NCBI GenBank assembly: GCA_963786955.1
Contig: CAWBAT010000008.1
Span: 480,001-544,000 of the forward strand
DNA: 64,000 nucleotides
Source: an uncultured Acidimicrobiia bacterium
GTDB lineage: Bacteria > Acidobacteriota > Terriglobia > Versatilivoradales > Versatilivoraceae
Direction of reading: 5' to 3'
The notes below the pieces were generated by a model. It ran no database searches. It was given only the letters and a program-made list of their open reading frames with translations, and had not been told where the DNA came from. Positions within the stretch are counted from its first letter, which is position 1. Each line of letters opens with the position of its first letter. This document shows positions 1 through 8,758 of the stretch, one piece after another. A program made the position numbers and the translations under genes.

Positions 1-487
1 CCGCTGGCCTCATTATCCGACCGGATTGCGGTCGGGTACGGAAATGGATGCCTACTCACCCAATGCGGGGATGACTTGGTTTCACAGCGCAGGATGCCGG
101 GCCTCCTGGAGGTTGGGCCGCCTGTGGGCTGCGGTAACTGCCAGCGGCGGGCCTTTGGAAGGGATACTTGGCACCAAACCGCTTTCTGTCGGTGGAAAAC
201 GCTTGAGCGTAAACGCGCAGACGATTCGGGACGGTTCGTTGCAAGTTGAGCTTCTGCAAGGGAAGTCGATCCAGGGACGAGAAGGACCTTTGGGTGACGA
301 CGTGGTGATTGATGAAAAGCCGATTCCCGGTTTCAGCCGCGCCGATTGCACACCCTTCAAGGGAGACAGCGAAGCGGCATTCATCCAATGGAAGGGCGGC
401 GACCGCGTTCCGGCCGACGAGATTCGTGCCCGCTTTTATTTCAACCAGACGCGGTTGTATTCGTTTGACTGGGTGACTGAAGGCTGA
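1..487 (+). CDS. 3' end (5'-truncated by window edge) of a five-bladed beta-propeller GH32/43-like protein; near-identical paralog of 634..2286
   Basis: Bases 1..500 match 1800..2299 apart from 3 substitutions that I can see (422, 436, 460). Same C-terminus, LYSFDWVTEG*. Confidence 0.9.
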   Translation, partial: RWPHYPTGLRSGTEMDAYSPNAGMTWFHSAGCRASWRLGRLWAAVTASGGPLEGILGTKPLSVGGKRLSVNAQTIRDGSLQVELLQGKSIQGREGPLGDDVVIDEKPIPGFSRADCTPFKGDSEAAFIQWKGGDRVPADEIRARFYFNQTRLYSFDWVTEG

Positions 488-500
488 GAAGCGTCGGGGG
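1..500 (+). repeat. Direct repeat, copy 1 (copy 2 at 1800..2299)
   Basis: Direct comparison at offset 1799. Identity ends 13 nt after the stop codon (gaagcgtcggggg). Confidence 0.95.
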
Positions 501-633
501 AGACCAGGGCGCCAAACACGCTGGGGCCGGTCCGCCGCGCCAGGTTCATCTTTGGTTGGGTGTTTTATAGAGGATAGGTAGTAAGTCATGATCATGTCGG
601 TTATCTCAATTACTTACCAAGGAGGAAAGAGTA

Positions 634-2286
634 ATGGCAAAAGGTTCTCGGAAGACAGGCGACTCCAAGCCGCCGGTATTGCCGCCGTACATAGCGAATG
701 AGAAGCAGCAGTTTTCGTTTCTGATGAGTGAGGATTTCTTGGAGAGGCACAACGTTGCCTGGCGTGTTGAGCCGGGAGAACAAGACCCGGCCAATCCTCT
801 GGTTGAGCCCAAGTATCCGTGGGACTCCGGCTGCACTTTCCTCCACGGGAGCATCATGGTAGACCCGATGGATCAGTTATGGAAGGCCTGGTATCTCAGC
901 AAGCCGCTAGGGAAGGGGCCTTCCGAGAACCCGGCCGCAGGCCGGATTCTGACCTATGCCGAGTCCGAGGATGGCGTGCATTGGACAAGGCCCGAGCTGG
1001 ACATCGCCCTGTATGAGGGACGTACACGGAGCAACATTCTTTTTGACCTCGACTCGGGTGGGCTGTCGCAGCATCCTTCGGTGATTGTTCATCCCGATGC
1101 CGATCCCGATTGGCGTTATGAGATGTTCGTGTTGCGCTATCCGGGGCACGGAGGTTCGGCCGAAGTCGTCCGGGGCTTTCCGTTACCGCCAGGCGAGACA
1201 AAGCATAGCGGCGGTGTGTATCGTTACCACTCGTCCGATGGTAAGCACTGGCAGCCTTGGGAGATCTTGGGCCTCAGTACACGCGACAGCATTCTGGTTC
1301 ACCAGTTACAGGATGGAACGTATCGCACTTTCTACAAAGGCGTAACAGCAGTTCCTCCCGGCGGCCTGGTTCCGTATGACGTTTCTGTTGGCGAATGCCG
1401 CATTATCGTCGTTCGCACCAGCGAGGACGGGACCAACTGGTCGGGATACGAACCGGTCATCACGCCGGACTGGATGGACCCGCAAGATACGCAGTTCATG
1501 GAGCTGGATACAGTGCCTGAGAAGGGCGGCTATATCGGAACACTGGCTGTGTACCACCTTCTTACCCAAAGCATTGACATTCAGTTTGCGGCCTCGCGCG
1601 ACGGCAAGCGCTGGTGGCGGCCGGACCGTCGTCCTTGCGTTCCCTTGAACACCCTTGGCGATTACGGCGGCGGCATGATCTGGCCTTTGCAATCGCCCCT
1701 TCACCATAACGGCAGGCTGTATTTCTACTATTCCGGTTGCGACGGATTGCACGCCGATTACATGACTACGGAGTTGGTGCAGGAATTTCGCCGGAGTTTC
1801 CGCTGGCCTCATTATCCGACCGGATTGCGGTCGGGTACGGAAATGGATGCCTACTCACCCAATGCGGGGATGACTTGGTTTCACAGCGCAGGATGCCGGG
1901 CCTCCTGGAGGTTGGGCCGCCTGTGGGCTGCGGTAACTGCCAGCGGCGGGCCTTTGGAAGGGATACTTGGCACCAAACCGCTTTCTGTCGGTGGAAAACG
2001 CTTGAGCGTAAACGCGCAGACGATTCGGGACGGTTCGTTGCAAGTTGAGCTTCTGCAAGGGAAGTCGATCCAGGGACGAGAAGGACCTTTGGGTGACGAC
2101 GTGGTGATTGATGAAAAGCCGATTCCCGGTTTCAGCCGCGCCGATTGCACACCCTTCAAGGGAGACAGCGAAGCGGCATTCATCCAATGGAAGGGCGGCG
2201 ACCGCGTTCCGGCCGACGAGGTTCGTGCCCGCTTCTATTTCAACCAGACGCGGTTGTACTCGTTTGACTGGGTGACTGAAGGCTGA
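634..2286 (+). CDS. Cytoplasmic five-bladed beta-propeller glycoside-hydrolase-like protein (GH32/43/130 superfamily) with C-terminal beta domain
   Basis: 550 aa ORF with RBS aaggagg. Repeated Asp-box-like blades (YAESEDGVHW, SSDGKHW, SEDGTNW, SRDGKRW), an RD motif (STRDS) and a typical C-terminal IPGFSRADC..F.GD segment. No signal peptide. Confidence 0.75.
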   Translation: MAKGSRKTGDSKPPVLPPYIANEKQQFSFLMSEDFLERHNVAWRVEPGEQDPANPLVEPKYPWDSGCTFLHGSIMVDPMDQLWKAWYLSKPLGKGPSENPAAGRILTYAESEDGVHWTRPELDIALYEGRTRSNILFDLDSGGLSQHPSVIVHPDADPDWRYEMFVLRYPGHGGSAEVVRGFPLPPGETKHSGGVYRYHSSDGKHWQPWEILGLSTRDSILVHQLQDGTYRTFYKGVTAVPPGGLVPYDVSVGECRIIVVRTSEDGTNWSGYEPVITPDWMDPQDTQFMELDTVPEKGGYIGTLAVYHLLTQSIDIQFAASRDGKRWWRPDRRPCVPLNTLGDYGGGMIWPLQSPLHHNGRLYFYYSGCDGLHADYMTTELVQEFRRSFRWPHYPTGLRSGTEMDAYSPNAGMTWFHSAGCRASWRLGRLWAAVTASGGPLEGILGTKPLSVGGKRLSVNAQTIRDGSLQVELLQGKSIQGREGPLGDDVVIDEKPIPGFSRADCTPFKGDSEAAFIQWKGGDRVPADEVRARFYFNQTRLYSFDWVTEG

Positions 2287-2299
2287 GAAGCGTCGGGGG
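1800..2299 (+). repeat. Direct repeat, copy 2 (copy 1 at 1..500)
   Basis: Direct sequence comparison. Confidence 0.95.
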
Positions 2300-2366
2300 C
2301 AAATCCAGCCGAAATCCTTCCAGAGCTTCTGCAGTCACACCATTTCGGGCAGGGGAGAACCGATAG

Positions 2367-3257
2367 ATGGAGAAACGGCAGCTTGGCGCGACGGATATGC
2401 GCGTCGGTGTCCTCGGTTTTGGCGCCGCCGAGATCGGATTTGAAAACGTCAGCAGCCAAACGGTAGCAAGAATACTGCTGGAAGCACTGGATCAAGGGCT
2501 TGATGTCATCGACACTGCGGAATGTTACCCGGGAAGTGAAGAGAAGATCGGGAAAGCAGTGGCGCATCGGCGAAAAGACTTTTACCTGTTTACCAAGTGT
2601 GGCCACCCCAAAGTTTGGTCGGATGAAGACTGGCGCCCAGAATCGTTGCTCGCTTCTATTCAACGCAGCATCAAACGCCTGCGCACCGATATGATCGATC
2701 TTGTCCAATTGCACTCGTGCTCTCTTGAAGAACTTCAGAAGGGCAACGTCATTGCAACCATGGAGCGAGCTCGAGAAAAAGGTTACACGCGTTACATCGG
2801 CTACAGCGGAGACGGCCAGGCGGCCCGCTTTGCCATAGAGTCCGGTCGATTTGATACCTTGCAGACCTCGGTTAGTATTGCCGACCAGGAAGCTTTCGTG
2901 CTCACCCTTCCGCTTGCAATGAAAAGGAAGGTCGGTGTCATCGCTAAACGACCTATCGCCAATGCCGTCTGGCGCTACGGCGGCCGCCCGACGAATGCTT
3001 ATCATCACGTTTATTGGGAGCGCTTGGAAAAGCTTCAGTATCCATTCCTGAAGACGCCAGACGTATCTTCCGTCGCATTGCGCTTTACGCTTGCGGCGCC
3101 CGCTGTGGCCACTGCCATTGTCGGTACCTCCAAGCCCGGCCGCTGGAAGCAAAACGCCAAATCGCTAGAACAAGGGAATCTTTCCAAGGATCAGATCGTT
3201 GAAATTCGTAAGCGATGGGATGAAGTCGCGCCTCCCCATTGGATAGGTCAAGGCTAG
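2367..3257 (+). CDS. Aldo/keto reductase
   Basis: LGFG, IDTAECY (catalytic D/Y), FTKCG (K), RLRTDMIDLVQLH and IGYS motifs. Confidence 0.92.
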   Translation: MEKRQLGATDMRVGVLGFGAAEIGFENVSSQTVARILLEALDQGLDVIDTAECYPGSEEKIGKAVAHRRKDFYLFTKCGHPKVWSDEDWRPESLLASIQRSIKRLRTDMIDLVQLHSCSLEELQKGNVIATMERAREKGYTRYIGYSGDGQAARFAIESGRFDTLQTSVSIADQEAFVLTLPLAMKRKVGVIAKRPIANAVWRYGGRPTNAYHHVYWERLEKLQYPFLKTPDVSSVALRFTLAAPAVATAIVGTSKPGRWKQNAKSLEQGNLSKDQIVEIRKRWDEVAPPHWIGQG

Positions 3258-3498
3258 AAGCCCAGCTCTTTCTTGGTTCAGTTTGTTGTCTTGCGCAGAT
3301 TTGCAGGATATTTAAGTTTGAGCTTTGCTGATTTGGTCACATGTATGACCTTTGCATTTGTGTAAATTAGCAATCTGAGGAGGCAGCTTTGTGGCTTGCA
3401 GCAGGTCTTTGTCATAGTTACGTGTTGCCTGGTGGAATCCGAATTCGTGAATGGGTGCCGAAAAGGGAAAGGTTTCTAGACGCTGAGGAGGTGCTGAA

Positions 3499-5055
3499 TT
3501 GATTTACGACGCCACGATGCTGGACATCGGCCGGGACAAACAAGTCTTTGTCGACGACCTGATTATCGAATCAGTCGAGAACATTTGCCGGACCTGGCAT
3601 CAGCCAATCCGAGCAACGGATGGGCCGGTCATCGTTAGCGACAGACCGTGGGAGCCTATCACTTACTTTACCTTTAACAGCTCACAGGTGATTCGAGATC
3701 CGAAGGATGGTCTGTTCAAATGTGTCTATCAGACTTTGGAACTCTCGCCTCGGGCTGGCGAATCCCCCCTGGGCACCATTGTCTCTCACCTCCTTTACGC
3801 CGAGTCCGAAGATGGCGTTCATTGGCGCAAGCCCTCTTTTAATATTCACAAGGTGAATGGGGAAAGCACCAACATCATTATTCCGAATGCCATGGTCGTT
3901 TCTTATGTGCTCAATCCGCACGAGCATGACGAGTCTCGGCGCTTCAAGGCGCTTTATCTCAGTTACAAGGCGCGGGAAGGTGAAGAAGCCGACAGGGTGG
4001 TAGCCGCGACCTCCGGCGATCTAATCCATTGGGCCAACCTGCCCGAATCACCGGTCTTTGGGCGGGCGGGTTCCCGCAAGGGGGACGCCAATGCGCTTCA
4101 TTACGATACGGCAGGCAGAATCTACCTCCTCAACATGCGTCACTATGACATCCAGGCAGTGGCGACCAACCTCAACAATCCGGTCGTGGAGGAGTGGTGC
4201 ATCTGTCCGCCCTACTACCCTCTGGACTGGTGCCGGGCCAATAAGCGGCGCGTCTGGCAGTCCGAGAGTGCCGACCTGATCCATTGGTCAGAGCCGTACT
4301 CGATCCTCACACCTGAGGACGGGGAAGATGACCTCGATGAGACATTCTACGGGTTCTGCCAGTTTTCTCTGGGCAGCGTGATGATGGGGTTTCTTCCCAT
4401 CCTGGATTACGTCTCCAACACCATGCGATCCAGACTGGTGTACAGCCGTGATGGCAAGAACTGGCATCACTTGAACAAGCGCCAACCGTTCCTGACCCCG
4501 CGGGGTGAAGGCCATTGGGATAGCTATATGGTCACGCTTTCCCACGGCCCCATCGAGGTGGGTGACGAGCTCTACCTTTATTTTGGTGGGGCGAGCAACC
4601 ACCATGACTGGTGGATGACTGGCGCTCGCGAGGGCTTGCAGGTGCCGGAGGCCACCGACAAAAGCAAAGTCAACTTCGCCTTAGGCCTGGCGAAGCTGCG
4701 GCTGGATGGATTCGTGTCGCTTGAGGCGAGAGCGCCCAGACGCGGCATCCTGATCACGCGGCCCCTGATCTCGGAAGGCATGCAGCTAGTGGTCAATGCA
4801 CGGTGCCGCGAGGGCGGATCGATGGCCGCCGAAGTGGTCAACCTGCGCGATGAGGTTTTTCCCGGCTACTCGCGTCAAGAGTGCGACGTCTTCAAGGGCG
4901 ACGCGGTCCGGCATGTGTTTTCCTGGAAAGGAAAGACGGAGTTGCCGCCGGTCAGTACGCACAAGGCTTATTACCCGAATCCGGAATTCGAACGCTACCG
5001 CAAATTCCGTTTCTACATGGATAACGTGGAACTTTATTCCTTGACGATTGCCTGA
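3499..5055 (+). CDS. Five-bladed beta-propeller GH32-like protein (divergent paralog)
   Basis: TTG start after gaggagg. QVFVDD N-terminus, YAESEDGVHW, SGDLIHW, SADLIHW, SRDGKNW and LRLDGFVS motifs. Confidence 0.78.
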   Translation: MIYDATMLDIGRDKQVFVDDLIIESVENICRTWHQPIRATDGPVIVSDRPWEPITYFTFNSSQVIRDPKDGLFKCVYQTLELSPRAGESPLGTIVSHLLYAESEDGVHWRKPSFNIHKVNGESTNIIIPNAMVVSYVLNPHEHDESRRFKALYLSYKAREGEEADRVVAATSGDLIHWANLPESPVFGRAGSRKGDANALHYDTAGRIYLLNMRHYDIQAVATNLNNPVVEEWCICPPYYPLDWCRANKRRVWQSESADLIHWSEPYSILTPEDGEDDLDETFYGFCQFSLGSVMMGFLPILDYVSNTMRSRLVYSRDGKNWHHLNKRQPFLTPRGEGHWDSYMVTLSHGPIEVGDELYLYFGGASNHHDWWMTGAREGLQVPEATDKSKVNFALGLAKLRLDGFVSLEARAPRRGILITRPLISEGMQLVVNARCREGGSMAAEVVNLRDEVFPGYSRQECDVFKGDAVRHVFSWKGKTELPPVSTHKAYYPNPEFERYRKFRFYMDNVELYSLTIA

Positions 5056-5136
5056 TTTTCTAAGAAAAAGACATCTGAAGATAATCCTTCGCGCCCAGCC
5101 CCTTCAAGCTATCCTCACGTCAAAAAATATTCGATT

Positions 5137-5154
5137 TACTTCATATGTGAATTA
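5137..5154. promoter_or_regulatory. Palindromic operator candidate tacTTCAtatgTGAAtta
   Basis: Core 5140..5151, centred 66.5 bp upstream of TTGACA at 5212. The same motif and spacing recur at 42635 and 54233. Confidence 0.65.
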
Positions 5155-5211
5155 TATTACTACAATATTGGACTTTAAAGATTGATTTTAACTCAAAAAG
5201 AAAGAAACTAT

Positions 5212-5241
5212 TTGACACAAAAACATATTCTAGTGTAGTTT
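5212..5241 (+). promoter_or_regulatory. Sigma70-type promoter TTGACA-N18-TAGTTT
   Basis: Perfect -35 box in an AT-rich intergenic region upstream of a long co-directional gene run. Confidence 0.6.
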
Positions 5242-5461
5242 TACTGGTCTAAAGAAATTTTTCCGCTACTTAGAGGCGAAAGTAGGGTACTGGTTGTGAG
5301 CGCCTTCATAGCATTCCAAGGCTATACTCCCGGAACCTCCTGGATCGGCACACCATAGTAGTCGCGATCCGCTAGGTGCCGGAAAGATTCACCACATACT
5401 TCTCAATGCTCGCCTTCGGTGAGCATTGCTCTTAGGGAGCTATTTGGAGAGGAAAAAGAGT

Positions 5462-7051
5462 GTGACAATCTCTTCGCCTGGTCTTTTAAATCCGCCTGTC
5501 TTGCCGGCATACGTTGCCAACGAAGGACATCAGTTTTCGTTTCTAACGGGTCTCGATTTTCCGGAAAAACACAACGTGGCCTGGCGTATTGAGATTGCGC
5601 AAGATGATGCTGCCAATCCACTTCTCGTGCCTAAGTATCCCTGGGATGCCGGATCAATAGCCAGCTACGGAACAGTCGCCATCGATCCCATCGATCGGCT
5701 TTGGAAGATGTGGTACATCAGCCGCTCTCCAAGGCCTTCTCCTTCCTCCGGTCCCGCTACAGGATGGATCCTCACCTACGCTGAATCCGAGGATGGCTCG
5801 CGATGGAATCGTCCTGAGTTGGACATTTCTCTTTACCAGGGGCAGACAAAAACCAACATACTGTTCGATCTCGATTCGGGCGGTTTATCCCAGCAGGCGT
5901 CAGTGCTAATCCATCCAGATGCCCCGCCGGATTGGCGGTATGAAATGTTTCTCTTTCGCTGGCCGAACTATGAAGGGTCTTCTCGGGTTGTGAGCGGGTT
6001 TCCTCTATCTCCAGGTGAAATAAAGCACACGGACGGGATTTATCGTTACCGCTCAGCAGATGGAAAACACTGGCAGGCTTGGGAAAAGATTCCGATGGAG
6101 ACACGCGATAGTCTATGGATTAGTCAGTCTAGGGACGGGTCTTACCGTGCGTTCTCTAAGATATGTATGCCTGCGCCACCAGGGGGTCTAGTTCCTTATG
6201 ATTGTGCGGTGGGAGAGTGTCGCATTATTGTACAACGGACCAGCGCCGATGGGACGGTGTGGTCTCCATACCAGCTTGCGATCACTCCTGATTGGCTAGA
6301 TTCTCCTGACACGCAGTTCATGGAGTTAACCGCGATCCCGGAACGAAACGGTTATGTGGGGCTACTGACCGTTTATCATGCATTGAGCCAGTCCATCGAC
6401 ATTCAATTCGCCGCTTCTCGTGATGGGAAAACGTGGTGGCGTCCGGATCGGCGCGCCTGCGTGCCACTGAAGCCGCTCGGAGAGTATGGCGGGGGAATGA
6501 TCTGGCCTATGCAGCCGGCGGTTCATTACGGCGGTAGAGTCTATCTTTTCTACTCGGGCCAGGATGGATTGCATCACGACTACATGAACACCGAAATCGT
6601 CGAACGGGCCCGTCAGGGGGGACTTCCCGGCTGGCCTCATTATTGGACAGGCTTGCGGATGGGAGATGATTATTACACGCCCATCGCCGGGCTCCAATGG
6701 TCGCATGGCGTCATGTGCCGAGCTTCCTGGCCGGAGGGGAGACTGTGGGCAGCGGTAACTGCGAGCGGGGGACCTCTGGAGGGGCAACTGGGGACGAAGG
6801 TGCAGACGCTGGGCGGGAAGCAACTGCAGGTAAATGCAGTAACGGTCGGAGATGGGACTCTCGAAGCGGAACTGCTGAAGGATGATCAACCGATTCCAGG
6901 GTTCACACGAGCGGACTGCGTGCCGTTTCAAGGCGATGAGAAGTCGGCGATGATGCGGTGGCGGGGAGGGGAGCGATGTCCTGTGGAACAGGTGCGCACC
7001 CGCTTCTATCTGAAGCGCGCACGGTTCTATGGCTTTGATTGGGTCTCTTGA
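5462..7051 (+). CDS. Five-bladed beta-propeller GH32/43-like protein (paralog of 634..2286)
   Basis: Colinear with 634..2286 over its full length. The GTG at 5462 follows ggagagg and is preferred over the ORF-track start at 5426. Confidence 0.78.
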   Translation: MTISSPGLLNPPVLPAYVANEGHQFSFLTGLDFPEKHNVAWRIEIAQDDAANPLLVPKYPWDAGSIASYGTVAIDPIDRLWKMWYISRSPRPSPSSGPATGWILTYAESEDGSRWNRPELDISLYQGQTKTNILFDLDSGGLSQQASVLIHPDAPPDWRYEMFLFRWPNYEGSSRVVSGFPLSPGEIKHTDGIYRYRSADGKHWQAWEKIPMETRDSLWISQSRDGSYRAFSKICMPAPPGGLVPYDCAVGECRIIVQRTSADGTVWSPYQLAITPDWLDSPDTQFMELTAIPERNGYVGLLTVYHALSQSIDIQFAASRDGKTWWRPDRRACVPLKPLGEYGGGMIWPMQPAVHYGGRVYLFYSGQDGLHHDYMNTEIVERARQGGLPGWPHYWTGLRMGDDYYTPIAGLQWSHGVMCRASWPEGRLWAAVTASGGPLEGQLGTKVQTLGGKQLQVNAVTVGDGTLEAELLKDDQPIPGFTRADCVPFQGDEKSAMMRWRGGERCPVEQVRTRFYLKRARFYGFDWVS

Positions 7052-7101
7052 GATCAACGGGCGCTCGATGATTCTTATTCTGCTCGGGAAAGGTTAACAC
7101 T

Positions 7102-8724
7102 ATGGTAAAGCAGAAGAAGACCTTGAAACTTCGGCAAAAATCGGGTGTGGTCGGCAATCAATCGCCACCGGGGGTCTTGCCGCCGTACATCGACAAGAAG
7201 CCAGGGGTCTCGTTTCTCACTGGCCTTGAGTTTCCAGAGAAGCACAACGTTGCGTGGAGGATTGAGCTTGCGCAAGAGGACTCTGCCAATCCTCTCCTCG
7301 AGCCGAAGTATCCGTGGGATGCCGCTTCGATATTTAGCCACGGGTCGGTGATGATTGATCCCATCGACGGCCTATGGAAGATGTGGTACATCACAACGCC
7401 CAAAAAATCACCACTTCCGATTAGTCCGGCGGCGGGGCGGGTTCTGAACTATGCTGAATCGGAAGACGGAGTCCATTGGAATCGCCCGGAATTGGATATT
7501 TCGCTTTATCAAGGAAGGACGAAAACGAACGTTCTGCTGGACTTAGATTCCGGTGGAGTGTCCCAACACGCTTCCATTCTCGTTCATCCGGACGCGCCTC
7601 CGGATTGGCGCTATGAAATGTTCGTTTTGCGCTACCCAGGCCATGAGGGTTCTTCGCCAATTGTGAAAGGGTTTCCTCTTGATCCCGGTGAAACCAAGCA
7701 CAGCGAGGGGATGTATCGGTACCACTCCAAGGATGGGAAGCACTGGTCGGCGTGGGAGAAGTTGGTCATCGATACGCGAGACAGCCTCTGGATCAGCCAA
7801 TTGCCCGACGGGACGTATCAGACCTATCATAAGACTTGTATGCCCGCGCTGCCGGGCGGTTTGATTCCTTACGACTGCGCAGTGGGGGAGTGCCGCATTA
7901 TGGTACGGCGGACGAGCGCGACAGGGACCGAGTGGTCGCCTTACCAGCTGTCGATCACGCCCGACTGGCTCGATTCACCCGACACGCAATTCATGGAGTT
8001 GATCGCGGATCCAGAGCGTGACGGTTATGTTGGGCTGCTGACCGTCTATCATGCCCTGAGCCAAACGATTGACGTCCAATTTGCAGCCTCCCGAGATGGC
8101 AAGACATGGTGGCGGCCCGACCGGCGGGCGTGTATACCCCTAAAGCCGCTGGGGGAATATGGCGGCGGGATGATCTGGCCCATGCAACCGGCAATTCATC
8201 ATGGCGGGAGGGTCTACTTGTATTACTCGGCCTGTGACGGATTGCATAACGATCATCTGAACACGGAAATCGTGGAGCGAGCGCGGCAAGGGGGACTCCC
8301 AGGCTGGCCGCACTATTGGACGGGCATCCATATGGGAGAGGATGCACACACACCGATCGCCGGATACACTTGGTTCCACGGTGTCATGTGCCGAGCCTCC
8401 TGGTCCGAGGGAAGACTGTGGGCGGCGGTAACAGCGAGCGGAGGACCACTCGAAGGACAGTTGGCGACGAAGGTACAGAGGGTGGGCGGGAAACGGCTAG
8501 AGGTAAATGCAGTGACATTGGGAGATGGGACGCTCGAAGTGGAACTCTTGAAGGATGACCAACCCATTCCAGGGTTCACGCGAGCAGACTGTACACCGTT
8601 CCGAGGAGATGAGAAGTCGGCACAGATCAGATGGCGGGGCGGGGAGCGCTGTCCGGCGGAGCAAGTACGCACCCGGTTCTATCTGAAGCGCGCCCGATTT
8701 TACGGTTTTGAGTGGATCTCATGA
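7102..8724 (+). CDS. Five-bladed beta-propeller GH32/43-like protein (close paralog of 5462..7051)
   Basis: Highly similar to the preceding gene (ITPDWLDSPDTQFMEL, EIVERARQGGLPGWPHYWTG). Confidence 0.78.
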   Translation: MVKQKKTLKLRQKSGVVGNQSPPGVLPPYIDKKPGVSFLTGLEFPEKHNVAWRIELAQEDSANPLLEPKYPWDAASIFSHGSVMIDPIDGLWKMWYITTPKKSPLPISPAAGRVLNYAESEDGVHWNRPELDISLYQGRTKTNVLLDLDSGGVSQHASILVHPDAPPDWRYEMFVLRYPGHEGSSPIVKGFPLDPGETKHSEGMYRYHSKDGKHWSAWEKLVIDTRDSLWISQLPDGTYQTYHKTCMPALPGGLIPYDCAVGECRIMVRRTSATGTEWSPYQLSITPDWLDSPDTQFMELIADPERDGYVGLLTVYHALSQTIDVQFAASRDGKTWWRPDRRACIPLKPLGEYGGGMIWPMQPAIHHGGRVYLYYSACDGLHNDHLNTEIVERARQGGLPGWPHYWTGIHMGEDAHTPIAGYTWFHGVMCRASWSEGRLWAAVTASGGPLEGQLATKVQRVGGKRLEVNAVTLGDGTLEVELLKDDQPIPGFTRADCTPFRGDEKSAQIRWRGGERCPAEQVRTRFYLKRARFYGFEWIS

Positions 8725-8758
8725 AGCGGATAGCAAGCTAATAAGGGCTCACCATATC

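Noticed and set aside
2235-3152. Long antisense ORFs (e.g. 2235..3152, 6362..7057, 22920..23735, 24362..25162)
   Set aside because: They are shadows of well-supported genes on the opposite strand, with no recognisable motifs.
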